A DNA stretch of 64,000 nucleotides from an uncultured delta proteobacterium (GTDB taxonomy: Bacteria; Desulfobacterota; Binatia; UBA9968): assembly GCA_963804165.1 (NCBI GenBank), contig CAWDPO010000041.1, forward strand, positions 32,001 to 96,000. Reading direction: 5' to 3'. The notes below the pieces were generated by a model. It made no database searches. It was not told the DNA's origin and saw only the letters and a list, made by a program, of their open reading frames with translations. The position numbers and the translations under genes are program-made. This document shows positions 20,652-28,853 of the stretch, one piece after another. Each line of letters begins with the position of its first letter. Position 1 is the first letter of the stretch.

Positions 20652-21323
20652 ATGCCCTGGATTAAAATAATTGCCGAGCATGAAGCCGAGGGCGAGCTTA
20701 AAGAGGTCTATAGGAAGATCCGCGAGCAGCGTCAGGGTGAGAAGATCAACCAGGATCGCGATGCGTCCGCCGGCGGGCCGCCGGTGAGCCCGCCGATGCT
20801 GCACAGTCTGAATCCCAAAGCGATGTGGCACACCGCCGAGCTGATGTGGGAGATCATGCGCGGGGAGTCGCGGCTGACCACGGCGCAGCGCGAGATGATC
20901 GCCACCGTGACATCGGCGACGCTGCACTGCCGCTTCTGAACCGTCGCCCACGCAGAGTTTCTGCGTCAGGAAGGCGGCGACGATTTATCGGTAGAGCAAG
21001 TCAAAGACGATTGGCGGCAGATGGAGCTGACCGAAGCCGAGTACACAATGTTGGAATTTGCGGAGAAACTAACGCTCACGCCGAGCAACATGCGCGAAGC
21101 GGACGTGCAGAAATTGCGCGACGTCGGCTGGACCGATCGCGACATCCTCGATATCGTCCACGTGTGCGCCTATTTTAACTTTCGTGTGCGAGTCGTCGAC
21201 GGGCTCGGACTGGAAGTTGCCGATTGGCAGATCCAGCGCGCGAGAGCCGGCGCGCAGCGCGCCGCCAAGTTGGCTGAAGAGCGCGGTGTGGCCATGCCAT
21301 CTGATCCTTGGAAGACACGTTGA
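20652..21323 (+). CDS. AhpD/CMD-like peroxidase-related selenoprotein 1; Sec TGA at 20937-20939
   Basis: Single frame (224 codons): REMIATVTSATLH-CRF-TGA-TVAHAEFLR...MLEFAEKLTLTP...FNFRVR; C-x-x-U-x-x-x-H. Confidence 0.9.
20940..20982 (+). promoter_or_regulatory. SECIS-like hairpin
   Basis: Upper stem ACGCAGA GUU UCUGCGU; lower stem CGUCGCC/GGCGACG. Confidence 0.78.
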
Positions 21324-21332
21324 GGAAAAGTA

Positions 21333-21980
21333 ATGAGCTTCATCAAAGTTATTTACGAGTCCGAAGCGACGGGCGAGCTAAAAGAAGTTTACGAGAGAAC
21401 GCTTAGTCGCTTAAGTCCATCCGTGCGCCAGCGACGCGGCGACAAGCTGCCACCGATCGTGAGAATTTTTAGCCTTTGTCCGGCGCTGCTCGAAGCGCGG
21501 GTGGGCTTCGACAAGGGCATTTACCGGCCCGGCCATTCCGGCTTGGGCCGGCGCAAGGAAGAGCTGATCGCGACTCAGGTGGCGGCGCTGAGTGGCTGCC
21601 GGTTTTGAGGCATCGGCCACGGAGAGTTTCTCCGTGTCGACGGCAAGATGGCGGTGGAGGAAGTCGCCAAGGTGATCTCCAACTGGCGTGAGGCCGATCT
21701 GGACGAGCAGGAAAAAGCCATGCTCGCGTTCACCGAAAAGTTTACACTCACGCCGAGTCAAATGACCGACGCCGATCTCGAGAAGCTGCGCCAGGCGGGC
21801 TTCAGCGACGAACAGATTCTTTCCATCGCTTTGGGCGCCGGCTATCGAAACTGGGTGGATCGCATCGCTGATCTGCTCGGCGTCGAGGAAGAAAAGTTCG
21901 ACTTCCCGGAGGAAATTTTGAAAGCCTTCGGCGTCACCCGCGAGCAGCTTGAGACCTCGCTCTACGAGGATAACCGATGA
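21333..21980 (+). CDS. AhpD/CMD-like selenoprotein 2; Sec TGA at 21606-21608
   Basis: Single frame (216 codons): ELIATQVAALSG-CRF-TGA-GIGHGEFLR...MLAFTEKFTLTP...NWVDRIAD. Confidence 0.9.
21609..21640 (+). promoter_or_regulatory. SECIS-like hairpin
   Basis: CACGGAGA GUU UCUCCGUG, extended by UCGG/UCGA. Confidence 0.78.
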
Positions 21981-22420
21981 GCCGCTTGCAGACCGTCATG
22001 GGAACGAGAATCGCGGATCTGCTTGGCGCGGCGCCGGGCGCGCTCGAAGCGGACAGCGCCATGCGCACTCTGCTCATCGAACATTTGACGCCGCGGCTCT
22101 TCAGTTTGATCGGTATCGTGGTAGCCGGTTGCCTCCGCTGCGAGCGTTTCGCCGACGCGCTGCGCGCCCCACTGGATCAGCCATCGGCCCAACAGGCTGC
22201 CCGTGATTGGCGGGCGCTTGAACTTTCGGCGGCGGAAAAGGCGATACTTGCCTACGCGGAAAAGGGGACTCTCGACGAGGCCTCGGTGCGCTGGCGGGAC
22301 GTAGATCAGCTACGCGCGGCGGGTCTCGACGACAGGGATATTCTCCTGATCGCAACGGCTATCGCTTATCATAATTACTCGATTCGCATGGCAGCGGCTT
22401 TTGACGTCGCGCCGTGCTGA
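21977..22420 (+). CDS. AhpD/CMD-like protein, short Cys form (CLRC)
   Basis: GCLRC, DWRALELSAAEKAILAYAEK.T, LRAAGLDDRDIL...YHNY..RMA align with neighbouring AhpD proteins; ATGA overlap with upstream gene. Confidence 0.8.
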   Translation: MSRLQTVMGTRIADLLGAAPGALEADSAMRTLLIEHLTPRLFSLIGIVVAGCLRCERFADALRAPLDQPSAQQAARDWRALELSAAEKAILAYAEKGTLDEASVRWRDVDQLRAAGLDDRDILLIATAIAYHNYSIRMAAAFDVAPC

Positions 22421-22456
22421 GGGTGTCGGCGTACAAAAAACCAGCGCGCGAAAAGA

Positions 22457-23395
22457 ATGTACGTTCTTGAAGTTTGGAAGGATTATGGCATGCGCGGAAT
22501 AACTCCTAGACGAGAGCAAGGGATGGCAGATCCGGTGTTGGCCGAGATGGTTCATGCAACGGGCGCTACGGAGTCCCGCCACTACGCGGCGGTGAAACCG
22601 ACCATTCAGGCCTATCGCGCCAGTTGGGTGAAATTGGCGCCCTATCGAGATGGTCCCGTGAATTCGCAGCGGGTCCAGGTCGACGACCCCGCGGGGATAA
22701 CTGCACAGGTCAAAGCGAAAGCGATGGAGTTGGGCGCGAACCTGATCGGGGTCTGCCGCTTGCAGCCGCATATGATCGATCTCGGCTCGGAGGTATCACA
22801 GGAGTTCGTGATCGCGTGCTGCGTCGCGGAGGATTACGATAAGGTCTTGCGGGGCGCAGATGCGGTGGAAGAAGAGGCGATGCGAACCTATGCGAAGTGC
22901 ACCGAGATCGCCACGGCGCTGGCCGCTTACGTGCGCGAGATGGGCTACCCGGCGATCGCCCACCACAACGGCGCCAGCGAGGTGCAAGCGATACCGATTT
23001 TCTATCAAGTCGGGTTCGGCGAGCTGGGCCGCCACGGCAGTTTGATCAACGAAAAATACGGCGCGAGTTTTCGTCCGGGTTTCGTGACGACGGACCTGCC
23101 GCTGGTGGAAGATCAGCCGCGGGAATTCGGCGTGCAGGACTTCTGCATGAACTGCAACGTCTGCCAGCGCAACTGTCCGGGCGATGCGATACCGCAGGAT
23201 CATGTGGTCACCCACGGCATCAAACGTTGGCTGATCGATCTAGAGAAATGTTATCCCTACTCGCGACTGCGCGAAGAGTACTGTCATCTCTGCGTCGACG
23301 CGTGTCCGTATATCGTGAAGTCTTATCCCGAAACCTATAGAGCGTTCATGAAGGAGCGCAAACAAGTGGGCTACAAGACGCCGAAAACATATTGA
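22457..23395 (+). CDS. Reductive dehalogenase-like / QueG-superfamily cobalamin and 2x[4Fe-4S] protein
   Basis: GANLIGV, GFGELGRHG.LI..KYG...R...VTTDLPL, FCxxCxxCxxxCP and C-x10-CxxCxxxCP; no Tat leader; start uncertain (22457, 22523). Confidence 0.8.
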   Translation: MYVLEVWKDYGMRGITPRREQGMADPVLAEMVHATGATESRHYAAVKPTIQAYRASWVKLAPYRDGPVNSQRVQVDDPAGITAQVKAKAMELGANLIGVCRLQPHMIDLGSEVSQEFVIACCVAEDYDKVLRGADAVEEEAMRTYAKCTEIATALAAYVREMGYPAIAHHNGASEVQAIPIFYQVGFGELGRHGSLINEKYGASFRPGFVTTDLPLVEDQPREFGVQDFCMNCNVCQRNCPGDAIPQDHVVTHGIKRWLIDLEKCYPYSRLREEYCHLCVDACPYIVKSYPETYRAFMKERKQVGYKTPKTY

Positions 23396-23673
23396 TGGAA
23401 ACCGACGATCAGGGAGGATTCTCCCGCCAAGGCGCAAAGGCGCCAAGTTCGGAAAGTTTCACAATGGAAAAACTCTACGTTAACGAAATCGGTCCCGATG
23501 GCGCCGTCAGCACCGTAGGCTTGTTTTACTCGCAGGCCGAGGCCGAAAAGATTGTCGGCATGCTGCGCGCCAATCCAGACCGAGCAAGCTATAGGTATGA
23601 AATCGTCGAAGCAGTCAGACATATCTTGTCTGAGAAGCAAGCGCGTCGGGCCGTGGCCGGTCAGAAGGAGTAG
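23392..23673 (+). CDS. Small hypothetical protein (start may be 23464)
   Basis: Fills the gap between operon genes; stop adjoins the AAGGAG RBS of the next gene. Confidence 0.55.
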   Translation: MMETDDQGGFSRQGAKAPSSESFTMEKLYVNEIGPDGAVSTVGLFYSQAEAEKIVGMLRANPDRASYRYEIVEAVRHILSEKQARRAVAGQKE

Positions 23674-23675
23674 CC

Positions 23676-24227
23676 ATGCCCTATATTAAAACGGTGCCGC
23701 CGGCCGAGGCTACCGGCAAACTCAAAGAAGTCTATGAGTCGGGCTCCGGCCCATCGGCGGCGCGCGGCAAGGTCTCTATGATCCGCCAGGTGCAAAGCCT
23801 CAATCCCGACAACCTCGCCGCCTGGCGCGCGCTCGACGTATCGATCATGCGCGGCGAATCGCGCATCACGCGCCGCCAACGCGAGATGATCGCGACGGTG
23901 GTGTCGGCGACCAATCACTGCAGCTATTGAATGACCGCGCACGGAGAGGCTCTCCGTACCGAATCGAACGACGATCCTCTGGTCGAAGGGATTAAACAAG
24001 ATTACACACAGTTGAATTTATCCCCGGCAGAGCGGGCCATGTTGGATTACGCGGTCAAATTGACGGTCGCACCGTCGACGGCGAGTGAAACGGATATCCA
24101 TACTCTACGCACCCACGGCTTCGACGACCGCGACATTTTGGATATCGTCTACGTGATCTGCCTTTACAATTTCAACGACCGGATGGCCGATGCCGCCGGC
24201 ATTACCGGGCATGATTTTTTTAGATGA
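23676..24227 (+). CDS. AhpD/CMD-like selenoprotein 3; Sec TGA at 23928-23930
   Basis: Single frame (184 codons): REMIATVVSATNH-CSY-TGA-MTAHGEALR...MLDYAVKLT..P...YNFNDRMADA. Confidence 0.92.
23931..23957 (+). promoter_or_regulatory. SECIS-like hairpin
   Basis: UGA-N10-ACGGAGA GGC UCUCCGU, same spacing as the other two AhpD genes. Confidence 0.78.
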
Positions 24228-24274
24228 GATCATTCAATCGTTCGAGTGTAACGCCCAGTTAGATAGGAGGAAGC

Positions 24275-24820
24275 ATGAGCAAACCCTTAGGCAGGATCGA
24301 TCGAGAAGCGTTTCGGCAAGTGCACAAGGAGCAACAAGAACGGGCGAAACAGGGGCCGGAAGGCTATACGACAACGACGCGGGCGGTGATCAGGCTCATA
24401 GAAAACCAATTGAAAGAGGCGCGCATCGGCGAATACACCATTCAATGCGATGAGGCGAAGTCGCGCAAGGGCGGCGGCAAGGCGCCGTCACCGCTGCAAT
24501 ACTTCGTCGCGGCGACCGGCTTTTGAATGTTCAGCCAACTGGCGCGGTACGCGTCACAACTGGACATCGAAATCGAGGACGCCGAGATGGATATCCGAAT
24601 GACCTATGACACGCGAGGGAAATTGCTGCTGGAAGACGTGTCGCCGGGGTGCAATGATCTGACCTACGTTTTCAAGATTAAGAGCCCGGCGCCGTCCGAC
24701 AAGGTGCAAGAGATGCTGCGGCTGATCGAGAAGGGCTGCCACACGATCAATTCATTGAAAAATCCCGTGCCGGTCGCCGGAAAGCTGATTCATAACGGTC
24801 AGGAGATCGCCGCGCTGTGA
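24275..24820 (+). CDS. OsmC/Ohr-family selenoprotein; Sec TGA at 24524-24526
   Basis: Single frame (182 codons): DE...KGGG.APSPLQYFVAATGF-TGA-MFSQ aligns with GPTPLGYFVTGAAS-C-LMMQ of the paralog at 19930; second Cys in KGCHTINS. Confidence 0.9.
24527..24567 (+). promoter_or_regulatory. SECIS-like hairpin
   Basis: Lower stem AUGUUCAG/CUGGACAU, upper stem UGGCGCG GUA CGCGUCA. Confidence 0.8.
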
Positions 24821-24868
24821 TTCCTACATGTTCAACTTAGCGAAGTCGACGTCAGGAGGCAGAATTTC

Positions 24869-25657
24869 ATGATCGAGCTTTATCACAACGATATGTCGGT
24901 TTGCGCGCAGAAGGTGCGATTCGCCTTGGCGGAAAAGAAGCTTTCCTGGGAGGGGCACCATCTAAATCTTCGCGCCGGCGATCAGCAGAAGCCGGAATAT
25001 TTAAAACTTAATCCCAACGCGGTGGTGCCGACTTTGGTGGACGATGGGAACGTTATTATCGAGTCTACGGTGATCTGCGAATATCTCGACGATACCTATC
25101 CTGAGCCAAAGCTTAAACCCGCCGATGCGCTGGGGCGGGCGCGCATGCGCTTATGGACCAAGCAGCTCGACGAAGGCGTGCACGCGGCAACCAGCGTCGT
25201 CAGCTCGGCCATCGCGTTTCGCTATCAGAAGCTCGCTATCGGCATGGAAGCGCTCGAAGAGTTTCACGAGAAGATGCCCGACCCGGTGAAGCGGGAAAAA
25301 AGCTGGGAGAATGTCACCAAGGGCGTCGAATCGCGTTTCTTTCCCGAGGCGATCAAGCGCTTCGACAGGCTGCTCGCGGACATGGAAGTGTCGTTGACAG
25401 ACTCGCCGTGGCTTGCCGGCCGGGAATTTTCCCTCGCGGATATTGGCTACGCTCCGTACATCACTCGGCTCGATCATCTGCAGTTGCAGTTTCTCTGGGA
25501 CAAGCGGCCCCATATCCCCGATTGGTACGACCGCTTGCGTGAACGCCGTGCTTACAACGAGGCGCTGGAAAAATGGTTCAACGCGAATTACCTGCCGCTA
25601 ATGAAAGAAAAGGGTCTCGAAGTTCGCGACAAAATCAAAGCGATTGTGGCGGGATAA
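24869..25657 (+). CDS. Glutathione S-transferase family protein
   Basis: MSVCAQKVR, LNPNAVVPTL, ESTVICEYLD, WLAG..FSLADI motifs. Confidence 0.92.
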   Translation: MIELYHNDMSVCAQKVRFALAEKKLSWEGHHLNLRAGDQQKPEYLKLNPNAVVPTLVDDGNVIIESTVICEYLDDTYPEPKLKPADALGRARMRLWTKQLDEGVHAATSVVSSAIAFRYQKLAIGMEALEEFHEKMPDPVKREKSWENVTKGVESRFFPEAIKRFDRLLADMEVSLTDSPWLAGREFSLADIGYAPYITRLDHLQLQFLWDKRPHIPDWYDRLRERRAYNEALEKWFNANYLPLMKEKGLEVRDKIKAIVAG

Positions 25658-25914
25658 CTCTGTCTGATTCCCGAGAGGTGAAATACGGAAAGCGCCAATT
25701 TGGACGCTTTGGGCAGAGTTCGTGCGATGGCGCGAGCGCAGTGGATGCTCTAACTCTGTCCTCAACAAACCGCAATACTCTCCATTGCCCACCCTCAGCG
25801 TCCGTTTTGCCAGCGTCATCAACTGCAACACTCGCCACGCCGGTCAGAATCAAATATTTGCGCGGCCTGGTCAAATACGGCGGTTGGTTTCCTGGTGCGG
25901 AAAAGCGAAGCGGC

Positions 25915-25977
25915 GGCTAACGTTTCGTTAACGCGCGCGCCGTTCGCGGCGCGTCGGTGTTGAACGCTGGGTTGGGC
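25915..25977 (-). mobile_element. Integron attC site (63 bp)
   Basis: Minus strand GCCCAAC-ccagc-GTTCAAC-accga-CGCGCCG-cgaa-CGGCGCG-cgc-GTTAAC-gaaac-GTTAGCC: RYYYAAC and GTTRRRY boxes, 5-nt spacers, L boxes with one extrahelical base, 9 bp after a stop codon. Confidence 0.88.
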
Positions 25978-25986
25978 GTCATTGTG

Positions 25987-26439
25987 TCAGCGGGCTACGG
26001 CCGCCTCAGCAATACCTGCCAGCGCCTTGCGTAAGTTCCCGATGACGGCGCACTGCGTAACCCCATGGCGTTGCCCCAGGAATTCGGGATCGTTGTAGCC
26101 GAGCCAAACTTGGGACGATGCGTCCTCCCACACCAGGGCCTTGAGCGGAAGATCGATTCCCACAGTCTGCGCGCACTCCATGAAGGGCGTGCCGCCTTGC
26201 GGGTTGCCAAAGATGATGACCTCGGTTGGCCGCAGAGTCATGCCGACTTTTGCTGCACCCGCCGCGTGATCGATCCGCGCAAACACGTTCAGCCCACGTT
26301 GTTTGACCAGATCCTCGAGCCGGTTCATCGTGTCCTTAGCACTGTGGGGGCTCTTCACGACGAGCAAGCCATCTGCGGCGCTAGCAAGCGAACTGGCGGC
26401 CAAGCAGGCAACGATTGCAAGGGAGCGAAGCGCATTCAC
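25987..26439 (-). CDS. DUF302-family exported protein (gene cassette ORF)
   Basis: VFARIDH...A...G..LRPT....FGNP..GTP.M.....G.DLPLK.LVW; AAGGAG RBS then GTG 26439; signal peptide. Confidence 0.9.
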   Translation of the reverse strand: MNALRSLAIVACLAASSLASAADGLLVVKSPHSAKDTMNRLEDLVKQRGLNVFARIDHAAGAAKVGMTLRPTEVIIFGNPQGGTPFMECAQTVGIDLPLKALVWEDASSQVWLGYNDPEFLGQRHGVTQCAVIGNLRKALAGIAEAAVAR

Positions 26440-26478
26440 GGGTAAACTCCTTTCGCGTGAGAAGAAGGAGATGAAGAC

Positions 26479-26572
26479 GCCCAACGTATAGCGTTTTATC
26501 CCCTAAAGGTTGGCGGCAATCAAGTTGCTTGATGGCGCTGGAGTATCGCTAAGGGGAAAAAACGTGTTGGAC
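26479..26572 (-). other. att-like recombination junction between the IS91-like element and the DUF302 cassette
   Basis: Minus strand GTCCAAC ... 13-bp inverted repeat (26492-26504 / 26552-26564) ... GTTGGGC; GTTGGGCGTC is the exact complement of GACGCCCAAC at the cassette's attC. Confidence 0.6.
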
Positions 26573-26816
26573 TAAACCGCGGAGCCGCTGAGCAGCTGCG
26601 GCTATGGGGATTGTAACCTGACGCAGTGCGGCTGAGCAGGGCACCGCGTTAGCGATAGTACGGCCAGTGGATGATGGTTGAGATCAGCGCCGGTGGTTTT
26701 TCGCCGATTGCGACACTGCCATGCAACTTCAGAGGCGGTTTTGGGCAGAGCCAAACGCACCCGCGCTAAGTCGGCAGATTGAGAGTCACACCAGCTGAGA
26801 GGCGATGGAGCCTTGC

Positions 26817-27992
26817 TCATGAAGAATCCACACGAGGCGAGATCGAGAACGCCGGTAGGTCGCCGACGACAATCATCCTTCCCTCACCGCAGCACGGGCA
26901 GCGAGAAAGATCGACGCCTGTGATTTTAAGCAGCAGGTCTTTGGCTGAGAGCAAGGGAGGTTGCGGCAAAGCGGGATCGAGATCGAGGAGTTTGCGGCAC
27001 TGAGCGAGCGCTAGTTTTTTGGCGCGGTTAGCCAACAAGCCGAAGTGACGGATGCGCATGAAGCCTTGCGGCAAGACGTGAAGCAAAAAGCGGCGGATAA
27101 ATTCCTGGGCCTCCAGCGTCATGGTCTTTTTGCGATCCCCGTCTCTTCGATCTCGATAACTCAAGGTGACTTCTCCGTCTTGGATCTGGAGAATACGATT
27201 GTTGGACAGCGCCACGCGGTGGGTGTAGCGGCCGAGGTAGTCAAGCACCGTGTGGGGCGAGCCGAAAGGCTTTTTGGTATAGACCCCCCAGTTCTTTTGG
27301 CGTAACTCGTTGATGGCTTCGCTTGGGAAATCGATTTTTCCTCGCACGATGTTGTGTTGTAACAGATCGAGAAACTTTGCTCGGAAAACCAAGCTTAAAG
27401 CTTTAACCGGAAACAGAAAGTTTTTGCGCGCCGAGATCCAGCGATTTTGATCGAAAGACAGAGCACCGGCGGGGACAAGACAGTGCAGATGAAAATGATC
27501 CTTGAGGGTTTGGTCCCAGGTGTGCAGCACGGCAATGATACCGATGGTTCCCTTAAGACGTGTCTGGCCAAACTCCAACAAGGTTTTACTGACAGCTTTA
27601 AACAGAAGACCCAGTACGATCTTCTTGTTGGCAAGGATCAGCCGGTTCAGTTCATGGGGTAAGGTAAAGACCAAATGAAAATATCCCACCGGCAAAAGCT
27701 CAGAGGTTTGCTTCTCCAACCACCGAGCCTTAGCCAAGGCTTGGCACTTGGGACAGTGGCGGTTACGGCAGGAGTTATAAGCCGGACGCTCAAAGCCGCA
27801 AGACTCGCATCGATCCAGATGCCCGCCCAACTCTTGGGTGCGGCAGGCCGAAACGGCCCGCACCACCTTTTGCTCGCAGGCCAATAAACGATGCGTTCGT
27901 TGGTAGCTCTCCCCGTACTGACGAAAAACATCGGCCAGCTCGGGACGCGCCCTTTTTTCTCCTGCCGCCAGCCCAGGGCTGGCCGGCAGCAT
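26817..27992 (-). CDS. IS91-family (Y2 HUH) transposase
   Basis: Zn-binding C..C...YNSCRNRHCPKC, H.VFTLP, HTW......HFHLH (HUH), YLGRY, FIRRFLLHVLP.GF.RIRHFG. Confidence 0.95.
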   Translation of the reverse strand: MLPASPGLAAGEKRARPELADVFRQYGESYQRTHRLLACEQKVVRAVSACRTQELGGHLDRCESCGFERPAYNSCRNRHCPKCQALAKARWLEKQTSELLPVGYFHLVFTLPHELNRLILANKKIVLGLLFKAVSKTLLEFGQTRLKGTIGIIAVLHTWDQTLKDHFHLHCLVPAGALSFDQNRWISARKNFLFPVKALSLVFRAKFLDLLQHNIVRGKIDFPSEAINELRQKNWGVYTKKPFGSPHTVLDYLGRYTHRVALSNNRILQIQDGEVTLSYRDRRDGDRKKTMTLEAQEFIRRFLLHVLPQGFMRIRHFGLLANRAKKLALAQCRKLLDLDPALPQPPLLSAKDLLLKITGVDLSRCPCCGEGRMIVVGDLPAFSISPRVDSS

Positions 27993-28004
27993 GTGGCTAC
28001 CTGG

Positions 28005-28853
28005 CTACAGCGAGTCGTTGCGCGGATCGAGCAAGTCCAACGGACTCGTGGTCGAGCCCAGCTTGGGCTGGCGGATTTGCAGATAGCGCTGGGTACTCTG
28101 AAGCGAGTTATGACCCAACAGCGTCTTAATAGTCACCAGATCCACTCCCGCTTCTAACAGGTGGGTGGCGAAACAGTGACGCAGCGTGTGAATCCCTTTG
28201 CCTTTTTCAATGCCGCTTTTGTGCTTGGCGAGATTGTAGACTTTCTGCGCGGCGGTGATGTGCAGGGGATCATTTCTGGTTTTACCAAAGAAGACCCACA
28301 GCACGGGTTGATAGGCCTGCTTATATTTTCTCAGCTCGCCAAGCAGCCGTTGGGAGAGAATCGTGTAGCGGTCTTTTTTCCCTTTGCCCTGTTCCACTCG
28401 GATCATCATACGCTCGGGATGAATGTCGCTGAGTTTGAGGTGGATTAGCTCAGTGACCCGAAGTCCCGCCGCATAAGCGGTCATCAGTAAACAGCGGTCT
28501 CTGAGCTTGACCGCGGCGCAAAGCAATCGCTCGACTTCCCTGGGGCTCAACACCTCGGGCAACCGCCACGTCCGTTTTCTCGGCGGCAAGAACAGCTGCT
28601 CTTCGTTCCAGCCCAAAACTTGCTGATAGAAAAACCGTAGCCCCGAGATCGCCACGTTCTGGGAATTGGCGGATAAGCCTCGTTTCTGGAGATGCAACAG
28701 ATAGGCGCGGATCTCGTCTTGCGTCAGTTGATCCGGGAATCGATGATAGTACCTGGCCAGCCCCACCATCGCCGCAACGTAGGACTTCTGCGTCCTCGAT
28801 GCGAAATTTCTCAGCTTCATCTCCTCGATCATCTTGTCGCGTAATACTCCCAT
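28005..28853 (-). CDS. Tyrosine recombinase (phage integrase/XerD family)
   Basis: Y..GLR..E, GKG.KDR, HTLRHCFATHLLE.G, LLGH....ST..Y catalytic motifs; SAM-like N-terminus. Confidence 0.95.
   Translation of the reverse strand: MGVLRDKMIEEMKLRNFASRTQKSYVAAMVGLARYYHRFPDQLTQDEIRAYLLHLQKRGLSANSQNVAISGLRFFYQQVLGWNEEQLFLPPRKRTWRLPEVLSPREVERLLCAAVKLRDRCLLMTAYAAGLRVTELIHLKLSDIHPERMMIRVEQGKGKKDRYTILSQRLLGELRKYKQAYQPVLWVFFGKTRNDPLHITAAQKVYNLAKHKSGIEKGKGIHTLRHCFATHLLEAGVDLVTIKTLLGHNSLQSTQRYLQIRQPKLGSTTSPLDLLDPRNDSL

Noticed and set aside
23928-24529. TGA-ATG junctions read as two translationally coupled genes
   Set aside because: The other four cases have no ATG directly after the TGA, the split would cut the active-site motif, and SECIS-like stems follow
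18392-24820. Genome-wide reassignment of TGA to Trp or Gly
   Set aside because: Many genes here end normally at TGA, Trp is encoded by TGG (even directly before the Sec TGA), and read-through TGAs occur only at catalytic Cys columns
28005-28853. Tyrosine recombinase as an integron integrase (IntI)
   Set aside because: Only 282 aa, with no room for the IntI-specific insertion between the KDR and HxLRH regions; co-oriented and paired with an IS91 transposase
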